Positions 36,394-49,371 of a stretch of 64,000 nt of DNA are shown here, one piece after another. Location: the NCBI RefSeq assembly GCF_058153355.1, contig NZ_CM177019.1; one strand, 5' to 3'. The translations under genes were made by a program, and so were the position numbers. Within the stretch, counting starts at the first letter, position 1, and the number at the start of each line of letters is the position of its first letter. The notes under the pieces are model-generated. The model was given only the letters and a program-made list of their open reading frames with translations. It was not told where the DNA came from and made no database searches.

Positions 36394-37413
36394 TTACTTC
36401 TTATGACGAATACGCGGGTTCACCACGCCGTACAGCAGATCGACCAGCAGGTTGACGAGGATAATCATCGTCGCCACCAGCAATACGCCACCCTGCACTA
36501 CCGGATAATCGCGGCGTTGCAGTGCGTCAATCAACCAGCGCCCCAGACCGGGCCACGAGAAGATGGTTTCGGTCAGAATCGCGCCTGCCAGCAATGTTCC
36601 CACCTGCAGGCCGATAACGGTCACCACCGGCAGCATGGCATTACGCAGCGCATGGACGATAATCACCCTAAGGCGGGTCAGCCCTTTGGCACGCGCGGTG
36701 CGGATGTAATCCTCGCCCAGCACTTCCAGCATCGAGGAGCGCGTCATACGTACAATGACCGCCAGCGGGATAGTACCCAGCACAATGGCGGGCAAAATCA
36801 TATGGGCGACAGCATCAATAAAGTTGCCGTCTTCACCCCAGATGGCGGTGTCGATCAGCATAAAACCGGTTAACGGATTGGAGTCATCGAGGAACACCAT
36901 GTCGCTCACGCGACCGGAGACGGGCGTCAGGTTCCAGTGCACTGAAACCAGCATGATCAACATCATGCCCCACCAGAAGATCGGCATGGAGTAGCCGGTC
37001 AGCGCCAGACCAACCGCCGTGTGATCGAAAATAGAACCGCGTTTAACCGCAGCCAGCACACCAACCGGAACACCGACCGCGGTCGCAAAAATCATCGCGC
37101 AGACGCCAAGTTCCAGCGTGGCCTGGAAGCGCGGCACGAACTCTTCCCATACCGGAATTCGGCTTTTCATCGAAATGCCTAAATCACCGTGCATTACGCC
37201 CCAAATGTAATGGAGATACTGCTGCCACATCGGTTTATCCAAGCCGAGTTCTGCCAGCAATTGCGCGTGACGCTCTGGGGAGATCCCACGTTCACCCGCC
37301 ATGATCATCACCGGATCGCCCGGGATCATGTGGACAAAGGCAAATGTGAGAAGGGTAATACCGATAAACGTGGGGATGACGAGTCCCAAACGTCGGAGAA
37401 TAAACTGCAACAT
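36394..37413 (-). CDS. dppB: Dipeptide ABC transporter permease DppB
   Basis: ORF 36394..37476; start set at MLQFILRRLG (339 aa). Confidence 0.85.
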   Translation of the reverse strand: MLQFILRRLGLVIPTFIGITLLTFAFVHMIPGDPVMIMAGERGISPERHAQLLAELGLDKPMWQQYLHYIWGVMHGDLGISMKSRIPVWEEFVPRFQATLELGVCAMIFATAVGVPVGVLAAVKRGSIFDHTAVGLALTGYSMPIFWWGMMLIMLVSVHWNLTPVSGRVSDMVFLDDSNPLTGFMLIDTAIWGEDGNFIDAVAHMILPAIVLGTIPLAVIVRMTRSSMLEVLGEDYIRTARAKGLTRLRVIIVHALRNAMLPVVTVIGLQVGTLLAGAILTETIFSWPGLGRWLIDALQRRDYPVVQGGVLLVATMIILVNLLVDLLYGVVNPRIRHKK

Positions 37414-37479
37414 AACCCGGATTCTCTGTAGTGACCCGCAGCCTGGAACTGCGAGTCTGTATTGCTCACAAATCAATTC

Positions 37480-37715
<236 letters not shown>

Positions 37716-37720
37716 TTTAA

Positions 37721-39328
37721 TTATTCGATAGAGACGTTTTCGAAGTGATGTTTGCCTAATGGATCAACCACATAGCCTTTAACTTCTTTGCGTACCGGTT
37801 CAAACACGGTGGAGTGAGCGATGATCAGTGCCGGAGCCTGATCGTGCATCACGACCTGTGCTTGTTTGTACAGTTCAACACGCTTGTTGTGGTCGTCGGT
37901 AGCACGCGCCGGTTGAATCAGATCTTCAAACGGTTTGTAGCACCATTTTGAGTAGTTGGAGCCTTGTTCAGAGGCAGCGCAGCTAAACAGGGTAGCGAAG
38001 AAGTTATCCGGATCCCCGTTATCGCCAGTCCAGCCCATCATTACCGTCTGGTGCTCGCCATCTTTTGCACGCTTGAGGTACTCACCCCATTCGTAGGTAA
38101 CGATTTTCGCTTGTACGCCGACTTTCGCCCAGTCTGCCTGAATCATCTCTGCCATACGACGAGCGTTCGGGTTATACGGACGTTGTACCGGCATTGCCCA
38201 CAGGTCGATGGAGAAGCCTTTTTCCAGACCCGCTTCTTTCAGCAAGGCTTTCGCTTTTTCAGGATCGTAGGTGTAGTCCTGAACATCATCGTTATAGCCC
38301 CACATGGTTGGCGGGATCAGGTTTTTCGCTGATACGCCAGCGCCCTGATACACTGCTTTGATAATCGCGTCTTTGTTCACCGCATAGGTCAGTGCCTGGC
38401 GAACTTTCACGTCATCCAGTGGTTTTTTCTGCACGTTATACGAGAGATAGCCGACGTTCAGCCCCGGCATTTCCATCAGGTTGATGGATTTATCCTGCTT
38501 CATGCGGGCGATATCTGCCGGGTTCGGGTACGGCATCACCTGGCATTCATTTTTCTGCAATTTAGCGTAACGCACGGAAGCGTCAGGGGTAATAGAGAAG
38601 ACCAGCGTATCGATCTGTGGTTTGGTGCCCCAGTAGCCATCAAACGCTTTGTAGCGAATACGGGAATCTTTTTGATATTGCTGTAACTGGAACGGGCCGG
38701 TGCCGATTGGGTTGAGGTCCAGTTTTTCCGGCGTACCGGCTTTCATCATCGCGTCAGCATATTCTTTTGACAGAATAGAGGCGAAGTCCATTGCCAGGTC
38801 AGCAAGGAACGGCGCTTCCGGGCGAGTCAGCACAAACTGAACGGTGTTGTCGTCCACCTTTTTCACTTCGCTGATCAGCTCCGGCAAGCCCATACCTTCG
38901 AAGTATTCGTAGCTGCCGCCAGAAACTTTATGGTACGGGTTTTGCGCGTTTTTCTGACGATCGAACGAGAACACCACGTCATCGGCATTCAGTTCGCGCG
39001 TCGGTTTGAATTCTTTGTTGTTATGCCACTTCACACCTTTACGCAGATGGAAGGTATAGGTTTTACCGTCTTCGCTGACTTCCCACTTTTCAGCGAGGCC
39101 CGGAATCACTTCAGTGGTGCCGATTTTAAATTCAACCAGGCGGTTATAAAGCGGTACGGAAGAGGCGTCATAGGTGGTGCCGGAGGTAAACAGCTGCGGG
39201 TTAAACCCTTCCGGAGAGCCTTCTGAGCAATAAACCAGAGTTTTAGCCTGAACACTTGCTGCGACGGTCATAGCCACCAGGCTGAGACCAAGCTTCAGCA
39301 TCCCTGACTTTTTCAAGGAAATACGCAT
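37721..39328 (-). CDS. dppA: Periplasmic dipeptide-binding protein DppA
   Basis: 535-aa ORF with signal peptide; family 5 solute-binding protein. Confidence 0.9.
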   Translation of the reverse strand: MRISLKKSGMLKLGLSLVAMTVAASVQAKTLVYCSEGSPEGFNPQLFTSGTTYDASSVPLYNRLVEFKIGTTEVIPGLAEKWEVSEDGKTYTFHLRKGVKWHNNKEFKPTRELNADDVVFSFDRQKNAQNPYHKVSGGSYEYFEGMGLPELISEVKKVDDNTVQFVLTRPEAPFLADLAMDFASILSKEYADAMMKAGTPEKLDLNPIGTGPFQLQQYQKDSRIRYKAFDGYWGTKPQIDTLVFSITPDASVRYAKLQKNECQVMPYPNPADIARMKQDKSINLMEMPGLNVGYLSYNVQKKPLDDVKVRQALTYAVNKDAIIKAVYQGAGVSAKNLIPPTMWGYNDDVQDYTYDPEKAKALLKEAGLEKGFSIDLWAMPVQRPYNPNARRMAEMIQADWAKVGVQAKIVTYEWGEYLKRAKDGEHQTVMMGWTGDNGDPDNFFATLFSCAASEQGSNYSKWCYKPFEDLIQPARATDDHNKRVELYKQAQVVMHDQAPALIIAHSTVFEPVRKEVKGYVVDPLGKHHFENVSIE

Positions 39329-39889
39329 TATTCTGCTCCAATTGTGATGTTTGTTGTTTTAACCCTTTGCAGTGGGTTGTCGCTGCCTGACCTTTTTTGT
39401 TTTTTACCCGGTCGGGTCAACGTTATGAGGTGGGGATGCCGTACTAATTAACATCAGTGTAACAGTGCGGATCCTCCATAAAATGCCCCTCGTGACCTAC
39501 AATCTGTCAACAGAATGTGAAAACGTCAATACAGCCAACCGGGATTTACATCAACGGTGAGAATCCACAAACAAAGATTAAAAAAACTTCAAACAGCTAT
39601 TTGCAGCAGAGAAATTTGTGCTACGCCAACATAACCAGAACAATCAGCGTAATATTTAGCAACATTTGGTGATTAAGTTTTATGCATTTAATGAAAAAAA
39701 TCTGAGGAAAAGGTGGATATCTGAGCGATTAATACCATGAAAGCTAAAACGCACAGCGGAAAATGCCAGCGCCAGCCATAAGTAACGCAAAAAAAAGATT
39801 TAAGCAAATATAAAAAAGACAATGGATTCTGTCACAAATCCGTTAATGGATAGTGAGATGTGGGGCGCAAATTTGGCAGGGAAATATGT

Positions 39890-41202
<1,313 letters not shown>

Positions 41203-41410
41203 CATGCCTGCAATCTGGGAAACCGGGGTAGAAAAAAACTTGCAGGCCATAACAGTATCTACGTTCAGATTTGGTCGGTGCCAGAGGATTACTCGCCACT
41301 GCGTGGCTCGCCCTGCGGGCCGTTGCTGACGCAACGTTCTCTCGCTTTGCTCGAGTCGAACCTCTCTGCCCCCGGAGGTTCTTATCCTCTTCAGGTCGCA
41401 GAAAGCAAAA

Positions 41411-41436
41411 AACCAGCCCGTAGGCTGGTTTTTCTA
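41411..41436 (-). terminator. Rho-independent terminator downstream of proK
   Basis: Hairpin AACCAGCCCGTAGGCTGGTT with U-run on the minus-strand transcript, just 3' of the tRNA. Confidence 0.5.
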
Positions 41437-41439
41437 AAT

Positions 41440-41516
<77 letters not shown>

Positions 41517-41607
41517 AATGCGGGGCGCATCTTACTGCGCAGATACGCCCTCGTCAATCCCTTAATAGCAAAATGCCTTTTGATCGGCGAGAAAGTCAGC
41601 AGGCTTC

Positions 41608-43299
41608 TTAGTTAGCCGCTGCCTCTTTTGCCTGCGGGATGTGGCACCAGTTGTTGTTTTCGTTAATTCCACCATCCGGTGAAGTATAGCCAAGACAACC
41701 CATGATGGTGTCGTACAGCTCTACGTGACGGCGTGGCACTTTCATATCAGCTTCTTTTTTCAACTGCGCAAATGCCTGCGCGTTGGCTGGATTTTCCAGA
41801 TATTTATCCGACATCCAGACCATCATCGGTACGCGGAACTGCTCCGGCGGTGCCAGTTCACGCGGTGTGCCGTGCAGGTGCTCGCGTTCGTTAATTGACT
41901 CACCGTGGTCAGCTGCGTAGAACACAATCGCTTTCTTATCGCGAACCTGATCAATCACGCTGGAAATAAAGTGATCCACATAGGTCACCGAGTTGTCGTA
42001 GGAGTTGATCATCTGCGCTTTGGTACAGCCGCTATCAACACCAATACATTCTGGCTTCCACTGCGCAAAGCTGCGCGGGTAACGCTGGGTGTAGTTAAAG
42101 TGCGACCCCTTGGTATGCAGAATGATCAGATGCTTACCATCCGGGTTGCGCCCCAGCGATTGCTGCATTTCGTCTACCAGCAACATATCATCTACCGGCT
42201 TGCCGCGGTTACGCGGTTCCGCACCAATCTGCTCACGATAAGCAATGTTGTCTGCCATCGTGTTGCTGTAGAACCACATTTCGCTTTGCATAGCGTAGAG
42301 ATCAGAACTGAATCCTAACTGCTTCAATACCGCGAAAATGTTCTGTTCTTTTAATGTGCGCTGCGGATTATCTTCTGCTCCACCCTGACGCACAAACATG
42401 CAACGCAGAGAAAGTTTGGTCGCCGTGTCACAAGAATAGCCACGAAACGCCGCCAGATTTTTCTCCTGAGCCAGTTTCGGTGTGGTATTGCGTTCATAGC
42501 CGAAAATGCCCATATGATCCCAGCGCGTGGTTTCACCAATAATGAAAACGACATATGTATCATCAACGTTTTGTGGAGCCTGGTACGTAAACTTCTTCGC
42601 AGGGTTAAGGAGAGAATTGTTATCGGAAGATTCATCGACCCGCGCCCAGGCATAAAGACCTAACGCCGAAAGCCAGTTTGATGGCAGATAAGAGTTCGCG
42701 ACAACGCCACCATAACTCGGCAAATCAACACCTGTCGCCCTCTCCACTTTCTTCTGCTGGATATCCAGCAAACGAATCGGTGCCCAAACCATAATACCTG
42801 CCAGTACGACGACCGCCAGACTCCGAATACGTTGCCCTGGGGTTCGCAGTTGTCGGAGCAAGGTGTAGCGACAGCGGTTATTCCAGATAAGGATAAGAGG
42901 CAATGCGCTTACGGCGATTAACCAGAGAATAAAGTTCAGACCAACAACTTCTTTTGACAGGTCGATATCGGTGGTCATGACGGATGCGATGATGCCATAA
43001 CCAATGACCACATTAAGGAAAGTCATGTAATAGCTGGCACCTGCAGAAAAGAGCACCACCAGCGATGCCAGAATTCGCCAGCTGCGGCGGCCAAACAGCG
43101 AAAGCAGACGCAGTAAAAAGAAGGTCACCAGTACGGTAGCGACCAGTTCAACAACAGCAGAAACGCCTTTCCAGACGGTAAAATCGTGCGCATAGCTGCC
43201 GAAGCGGCGGTAAAAAACCGCGCCATTCATAAAAAGGCCAATATAGATTGCAAGCAAAAAGCTCAGCTTCTGCTGTGTAATCGATTTGATGTATCTCAT
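41608..43299 (-). CDS. eptB: Kdo2-lipid A phosphoethanolamine transferase
   Basis: ORF 41608..43332; start set at [10 protein letters not shown] (563 aa); N-terminal TM segments plus sulfatase-like domain. Confidence 0.85.
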   Translation of the reverse strand: MRYIKSITQQKLSFLLAIYIGLFMNGAVFYRRFGSYAHDFTVWKGVSAVVELVATVLVTFFLLRLLSLFGRRSWRILASLVVLFSAGASYYMTFLNVVIGYGIIASVMTTDIDLSKEVVGLNFILWLIAVSALPLILIWNNRCRYTLLRQLRTPGQRIRSLAVVVLAGIMVWAPIRLLDIQQKKVERATGVDLPSYGGVVANSYLPSNWLSALGLYAWARVDESSDNNSLLNPAKKFTYQAPQNVDDTYVVFIIGETTRWDHMGIFGYERNTTPKLAQEKNLAAFRGYSCDTATKLSLRCMFVRQGGAEDNPQRTLKEQNIFAVLKQLGFSSDLYAMQSEMWFYSNTMADNIAYREQIGAEPRNRGKPVDDMLLVDEMQQSLGRNPDGKHLIILHTKGSHFNYTQRYPRSFAQWKPECIGVDSGCTKAQMINSYDNSVTYVDHFISSVIDQVRDKKAIVFYAADHGESINEREHLHGTPRELAPPEQFRVPMMVWMSDKYLENPANAQAFAQLKKEADMKVPRRHVELYDTIMGCLGYTSPDGGINENNNWCHIPQAKEAAAN

Positions 43300-43622
43300 G
43301 CAAACAAACCCTGGACAAACAGGTGATAACACCCTGCTTAGTGGCTTTTCAGGCCCGGCAGGGGAAAAGTGCGGAGGTAGTCAGATTAGTAAAATCTACA
43401 CGCGCGAATAAGTAGACCACAGCAAAGGGAAAAAGTGTGGGGAAAGAGTGTGCATGAAGCACAAATTTACAAAAATGCAAGTTTGAAAAGAGACTATAGC
43501 GTTACAAAAAGCAGTAAAAAGGGCCAGTTCACTGGCCCAAATTTTACGCGTCATTGTTTATACATTGCGTTGAAGCGTTTGATTTACACTAAGGCTAAAG
43601 CCCAGTAGCTCGCGGCAGGTCA

Positions 43623-44831
43623 TTAAAGGGAGCCATGCGCCTCACGCAACATTTTCTGCTCTGGCTGGCGAATCGTCGTAGAAAGCGCCAGTGACAGAAT
43701 CAGCAGGGCGAAAATCACGTAGAATGTCACATAGAATCCGCCAAACAGTGAAGCGATAATCGAACCACAAATGCTGCCGATACCGAAACCGAGGTAAATC
43801 ACACCGTAGTTTTTTGCCAGATTATTTAGGCCGAAGAACTCACTGACCAGTGACGGGAACACAGTGATAGTGCCGCCGAAGTTAAATGCCACGCAGGCAA
43901 TCGCTGCAAAGAACGTCACTGCATTCAATGGGGCAAACAGCAGGGCCGCCATGCCCACCAGCGAAATGACCTGACCAATGGTGATAACACGGATACGGGC
44001 GATTTTGTCAGACAGAATGCCCAGCACCAGACGACCAGAAAGGTTGGCGATGGAAATAACCGTCACAGCATTGGCTGCGGAAATTGCATCAAGATGCGCC
44101 AGACTTTGAGCGATATCTTTCGCCACGCCAATCACATACAGGCCACTCATGCAGGCGGTCAGGAACATAACTGCTAACATCCAGTACTGCGGTTTACGCA
44201 TCGACTCTGCCAGCGTGTAATCCTTCTCCACCACGCCATTGCTGGTTTTCACTTCCTGCTTCGGCGCATCTTTCATTAATGTTGCGCCAAAGACAATCAT
44301 CACCAGTACAATCGCGCCCCAAATAACAAAGGTTTTTTCCAGACCGACCGTTTCCAACAGTTGCGTATCGATAAATTTGAAACCCAGACTACCAAGTCCA
44401 TAAGAACCAATAGCGAACGCAGAGATGAGTCCCTTACGCTCCGGGAACCACTTCACGCAGTTAGAGAGCGTCAACAGGTAACCCGCACCATCCGCCAGAC
44501 CAACCAACACACCGGCGCTTAACCACAGCATCATCAGGTTGTTGGAATGTGCTGTCAGGAAGAAACCTAATCCCAGCAAAATGCCGGAAGCCATAGTGAC
44601 GCGTTTAACACCAAAACGTTCTTGCAATTTGCCCGCAACAGAAGACGAAATTGCCAGCCCCAGACTTAACAAGCCGAAAGAGAAAGCAACCTGGCTTACC
44701 GGAGCCCCCAGCTTGGCAGAAAGCGCGCCGTTAAACAGACTCCAGGTATAAACCGACCCCAGGGCAAACTGGGTAATGATAGTACCGATGAGTGTCAGCC
44801 AGCGAGTACGCTGATAATTTGAAGGTGTCAT
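43623..44831 (-). CDS. yhjX: MFS transporter (oxalate/formate antiporter-like)
   Basis: ORF 43623..44876; start set at MTPSNYQRTRW (402 aa). Confidence 0.85.
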   Translation of the reverse strand: MTPSNYQRTRWLTLIGTIITQFALGSVYTWSLFNGALSAKLGAPVSQVAFSFGLLSLGLAISSSVAGKLQERFGVKRVTMASGILLGLGFFLTAHSNNLMMLWLSAGVLVGLADGAGYLLTLSNCVKWFPERKGLISAFAIGSYGLGSLGFKFIDTQLLETVGLEKTFVIWGAIVLVMIVFGATLMKDAPKQEVKTSNGVVEKDYTLAESMRKPQYWMLAVMFLTACMSGLYVIGVAKDIAQSLAHLDAISAANAVTVISIANLSGRLVLGILSDKIARIRVITIGQVISLVGMAALLFAPLNAVTFFAAIACVAFNFGGTITVFPSLVSEFFGLNNLAKNYGVIYLGFGIGSICGSIIASLFGGFYVTFYVIFALLILSLALSTTIRQPEQKMLREAHGSL

Positions 44832-45059
44832 GGCAGTATTCCTGCAGTAATAAAAAGGAAAAATCTCTGCTGACAACCATAACGAAGTGCACTTTATGCC
44901 TGGGGAAAAACGGCATGAAATGCCATCAGAACGGAATGAAATGCATTAGTTCAGGAATGAATGACTCGACGATTATTCATCAAATTTATTATTTAGTAAG
45001 TTAGTCCCCACTATCGCCACATTAGTTGTTATTTATGGGTTTCAATTGTATCTATAACG

Positions 45060-45765
45060 TTAAAATCTGGCACTAACCCCCATCGTATACAGATAGTCGC
45101 TATTGTTAGTGGTATTTTCTGCCTGAGATAGCGCCGCATAGGCGGCAATATTTTGATTGAGCAACATATCAGCGCCTAAGGTGACATCCAGCCAGTTGCC
45201 GTTCTGGTTTGTCGCCGTCATCCGGCTTAAGCCTGATTGCGCCTTCCAGATATTCTCGCCAAATTGCTGGTTATAGCTGATTTGCGCCCAGGGTCGGAGA
45301 TCGCCAAGCCGGGAGTCAACACGCCAGCCTAAGGTACTCACACTGGCATGCCATAACGGATCAGTCAGTGTAGTAGTACTGTCGCCAAACTCGTTATACA
45401 TCGAGGTGGTTGTACCATCGTAATGTAATGCCGCGACCGGGCCGGTTGTAACCTGTTCATATAAAGGAAAATTCCAGCCCATACTCATACTGCTGGTCAC
45501 ATCCACAGGGGTTTCTTCCGCCAGATTGACTTCCAGTCCCAGCGCCCTTTGGCTACTTTGAATACGTTGCGACAGAATATCTGTTGTAATCAGGTTGATG
45601 ATCGCTATCCCAGGTGTAGCGCTCTGTGGAATGTCCGGGTTGCGTATCAACGATATATTCTTGTTGCCAGGCGTAAGCTGTGTTGAGAAAAAAGGCACTG
45701 ATTACCACGCTCGCCAGCAGGCTTAACTGCCAGCGACCACCGCTTTTTTTTATGATCATTAACAC
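45060..45765 (-). pseudogene. yhjY: Autotransporter beta-domain-like protein YhjY, apparently frameshifted
   Basis: Two overlapping minus-strand ORFs (45553..45765 with signal peptide; 45060..45698) in different frames; frame change near 45590..45610. Confidence 0.5.
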
Positions 45766-45916
45766 GACTCCAGGGAAGAGCCGAATTCGGCAATATTATT
45801 GTCATTGTATGAAGGATATCGGGCATAGTAGCCCTGTATTAAATATTGACTTTTTCACCGATGCGTCAAGAAAAGGGGCTGAAATTTTTACGATCGGGTA
45901 CATAGCGAGGGAAAGT

Positions 45917-46480
45917 ATGGAACGTTGCGGCTGGGTGAGTCAGGACCCGCTTTATATTGCCTACCATGATAATGAGTGGGGCGTGCCTGAAACTGACAGT
46001 AAAAAACTGTTCGAAATGATCTGCCTTGAAGGGCAACAAGCAGGGTTATCGTGGATCACCGTCCTCAAAAAACGCGAAAACTATCGCGCCTGCTTTCATC
46101 AGTTCGATCCGGTGAAGGTGGCTGCAATGCAGGAAGAGGATGTCGAAAGACTGGTACAGGACGCCGGGATTATCCGCCATCGCGGGAAAATTCAGGCAAT
46201 TATTGGTAATGCGCGGGCGTACCTGCAAATGGAACAGAACGGCGAACCGTTTGCCGACTTTGTTTGGTCGTTTGTCAATCATCAACCACAGGTGACACAA
46301 GCCACAACGTTGAGCGAAATCCCTACATCTACGCCCGCCTCCGACGCTCTATCTAAAGCCCTGAAAAAGCGTGGTTTTAAGTTTGTTGGTACCACAATCT
46401 GTTACTCCTTTATGCAGGCATGTGGGCTGGTGAATGATCATGTGGTTGGCTGCTGTTGCTATCCGGGAAATAAACCATGA
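45917..46480 (+). CDS. tag: 3-methyladenine DNA glycosylase I
   Basis: ORF 45680..46480; start set at MERCGWVSQDPLY (187 aa). Confidence 0.85.
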   Translation: MERCGWVSQDPLYIAYHDNEWGVPETDSKKLFEMICLEGQQAGLSWITVLKKRENYRACFHQFDPVKVAAMQEEDVERLVQDAGIIRHRGKIQAIIGNARAYLQMEQNGEPFADFVWSFVNHQPQVTQATTLSEIPTSTPASDALSKALKKRGFKFVGTTICYSFMQACGLVNDHVVGCCCYPGNKP

Positions 46481-46917
46481 TTCGGGAAGCGCAACGTTCA
46501 GAACTCCCCGCGATCCTCGAATTGTGGCTGGAAAGTACAACCTGGGGGCATCCCTTTATAAAAGCGAATTACTGGCGTGATTGCATTCCGCTGGTGCGGG
46601 ATGCCTATCTTGCCAACGCGCAAAACTGGGTCTGGGAAGAAGACGGTAAGCTTCTCGGTTTTGTCAGCATTATGGAAGGCCGATTTCTGGCTGCAATGTT
46701 TGTCGCACCGAAGGCCGTCAGACGCGGTATTGGTAAGGCGCTAATGCAGTATGTGCAGCAGCGCCATCCCCATCTGATGCTGGAGGTTTATCAAAAAAAT
46801 CAACCGGCGATAGATTTTTACCATGCGCAGGGTTTTCACATTGTCGACTGCGCATGGCAGGATGAAACCCAACTACCCACCTGGATTATGAGCTGGCCGG
46901 TGGTTCAAACGCTGTAA
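46477..46917 (+). CDS. yiaC: GNAT-family N-acetyltransferase
   Basis: 146-aa ORF overlapping tag stop by 4 nt. Confidence 0.8.
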   Translation: MIREAQRSELPAILELWLESTTWGHPFIKANYWRDCIPLVRDAYLANAQNWVWEEDGKLLGFVSIMEGRFLAAMFVAPKAVRRGIGKALMQYVQQRHPHLMLEVYQKNQPAIDFYHAQGFHIVDCAWQDETQLPTWIMSWPVVQTL

Positions 46918-49219
46918 GTGTCAGTTCCGGACCGTTGTATTTTTCCAGCCATGCCAGCGCCGTATTACCCGCACAGCCATTCCCCAGCCGCGAGCTGGGG
47001 AGATCTTTGGTCAGAACGTTCACCGCGCCGTTTTTACAAATACCGTCAGCGGTTAAATCCAGATCCGGCCATGCCCCTTCATGAATGCAAATCACGCCAG
47101 GTTTAATTCCCTCGCTAATGACCGCTCCGGCAAGAATTTGCCCGCGTGCGTTCCACAACCGAACAATATCGCCATCTTGTATGCCGCGCGCCTGGGCATC
47201 GTCAGGATGAATGGTGACAGGCTCACGATTTGCCACCGCGTACAATTCGCGCAGAGAACTGTAATTCAGCTGGCTGTGCAGACGATGTGCCGGATGAGCA
47301 GAAAGTACCTGCAACTGTTCCGGTTCGGCATTGCCCTGCCATTCGTCCGGCTCCAGCCACATTGGATGCCCAGGGCAATCCGGATAAGCGTAATCGGCAA
47401 TACGCTGCGAGAAGATTTCAATCTTGCCGCTGGCGGTTTTTAATGGATGCGCCTGCGGATCGCGGCGAAAATCAGCGAAGCGAATAAACCGCTCACTGTC
47501 CGGGTTTTCCGGCATCTCAATTAACTGGTTGGCCTGCCAGAATTCAGCAAAAGGCGGCAATTCAACCCGCTGGCTTGTCCCACGTTGCCGGGCGACGTTA
47601 TAAAACGTTTCCAGCCATTGCAGCTCACTTTTCCCTTCCGTAAACCGCGCATAGCCGCCCTTCTCCCAACGTTCACTCAACTCGGCAAAGACATCAAAAT
47701 CATTACGCGCTTCATAACGTGGAGGCACCACTTGCTTCATCGGCATCAGATGCTGATTACTGTAATCGCCGGTCATGGTGAGGTCATTACGCTCAAACGA
47801 GGTGGTTGCAGGGAGGACGATATCGGCGTGTTTCGCCGCTGCCGTCCAGAAGCATTCGGAGATCACCACCAGCTCCGGTTTTTGCCAGGCACGAATCAGA
47901 CGATTGGTATCCTGATGATGAGTAAAGTTGGCGCCGCCCGCCCACCAGATAAAACGAATATCCGGGAAGTGACGATTCATGCCATTGTGTTGGTATGCAC
48001 CGCCAGGGTTTTCCAGAGCTTCAACAATACGGGCTACAGGGATTTTATCTACCGCATCGGTGCCACCTGGCAAGCTGCCCTGCATAGATGAAAGCACCGC
48101 AGCGCGGCGCGTAGGGTTACCACCATTGGCAAAATGGTAAGAAAGACCAAAGCCCCCGCCAGGCGTGCCGATTTGCCCTAACATTGCTGCCAGGGTGACG
48201 ATCATCCAGTGTTTTTGCTCACCAAACTGCTGGCGCTGCATTCCCCAGCCAGCCATCAGCATGGTGGTATTTTGGTGAAAAATAGCCGCCAGTTCGCGGA
48301 TTTTCTCTGCGTTAATCCCACAAATCTCTGCCGCCCATTCGGCATTTTTCGCTATTCCGTCACTCTCGCCCAGCAAATAAGAGGCGAAGACGTCATAACC
48401 TGTGGTGCAACGCGCCAGAAACGCTTCGTCGTGCCAGCCATTTTCCACCAGCGTATGGGCGATCCCCAGCATCAGCGCAACATCGGTGCCCATGTGCGGT
48501 GCCACCCACTCCATTTTATCGCCAAAGAAATCGACGGTTTCCGATCGCATTGGATCAATGCAGATCAGCTTTTTCCCGCTGTCACGCAGTGCGGAAAAGT
48601 AAGAAAGCCCCTGCTCATCGGATGCATTCCACGCAATTTTCAGCGTATTGAGTGGGTTAGCACTCCATAGCACCACGACATCGCTATGTTCCAATACCAA
48701 CGGCCAACTGGTTTGCTGTTGATAAACTTCGCTGCCCCCCACGACATACGGCATGATCGCCTGTGCTGCACCGGTCGAATAATCCCCCAGATGCCCAGTA
48801 TAACCGCCTGCCAGCGCCATATAGCGTTGTAATAATGTCGAGGCCTTATGCAGCACGCCGTTTGAACGCCAGCCGTAGGAACCAGCAAAAATCGATGCCG
48901 GACCATAAGCCTCACGAATACGTTTATGTTGTTGGTGAATAAGCTCCAGCGCCTCATCCCAACTCACGCGAACAAATTCATCCTGCCCACGAATGCCTTG
49001 CGGGTTTTCCGGTGACGCGAGAAAGCCCTTGCGCACCATTGGAAATCGTACCCGTGTTTTGCTGTGAACCTGGTCGCGAACCGCACTCTGCAAGGAGTTT
49101 TTCATTTCTGTGACTAACGCGCCACGCGAGCTAAACACGGTTTCGCCGTCGGTTTCAACCAGCATGGGCCCCCAGTGAGCGGCAGTAAGAACAGAATAAC
49201 GTGAGGATGAGTTGGCCAA
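46886..49219 (-). CDS. bisC: Biotin sulfoxide reductase (molybdopterin oxidoreductase)
   Basis: 777-aa ORF, DMSO-reductase family. Confidence 0.9.
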   Translation of the reverse strand: MANSSSRYSVLTAAHWGPMLVETDGETVFSSRGALVTEMKNSLQSAVRDQVHSKTRVRFPMVRKGFLASPENPQGIRGQDEFVRVSWDEALELIHQQHKRIREAYGPASIFAGSYGWRSNGVLHKASTLLQRYMALAGGYTGHLGDYSTGAAQAIMPYVVGGSEVYQQQTSWPLVLEHSDVVVLWSANPLNTLKIAWNASDEQGLSYFSALRDSGKKLICIDPMRSETVDFFGDKMEWVAPHMGTDVALMLGIAHTLVENGWHDEAFLARCTTGYDVFASYLLGESDGIAKNAEWAAEICGINAEKIRELAAIFHQNTTMLMAGWGMQRQQFGEQKHWMIVTLAAMLGQIGTPGGGFGLSYHFANGGNPTRRAAVLSSMQGSLPGGTDAVDKIPVARIVEALENPGGAYQHNGMNRHFPDIRFIWWAGGANFTHHQDTNRLIRAWQKPELVVISECFWTAAAKHADIVLPATTSFERNDLTMTGDYSNQHLMPMKQVVPPRYEARNDFDVFAELSERWEKGGYARFTEGKSELQWLETFYNVARQRGTSQRVELPPFAEFWQANQLIEMPENPDSERFIRFADFRRDPQAHPLKTASGKIEIFSQRIADYAYPDCPGHPMWLEPDEWQGNAEPEQLQVLSAHPAHRLHSQLNYSSLRELYAVANREPVTIHPDDAQARGIQDGDIVRLWNARGQILAGAVISEGIKPGVICIHEGAWPDLDLTADGICKNGAVNVLTKDLPSSRLGNGCAGNTALAWLEKYNGPELTLTAFEPPASS

Positions 49220-49371
49220 ACCGAAGGCTCCTGAAAGATTAGATGTATTGAGCAGTTAAATATTACTTACAAATTTCCGAGTATTCCCAGGAATAATCTT
49301 CATGTTCACGCGGCATAATCTCCCGCCACGGAACCCGTGGCAAAGAATAAAAAGGTTATTAAGGATTAACA

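Noticed and set aside
41270-41410. Possible second tRNA gene upstream of the proK terminator
   Set aside because: Only the terminal ~19 nt resemble a tRNA 3' end; no cloverleaf could be built, so it is reported only as a repeat.
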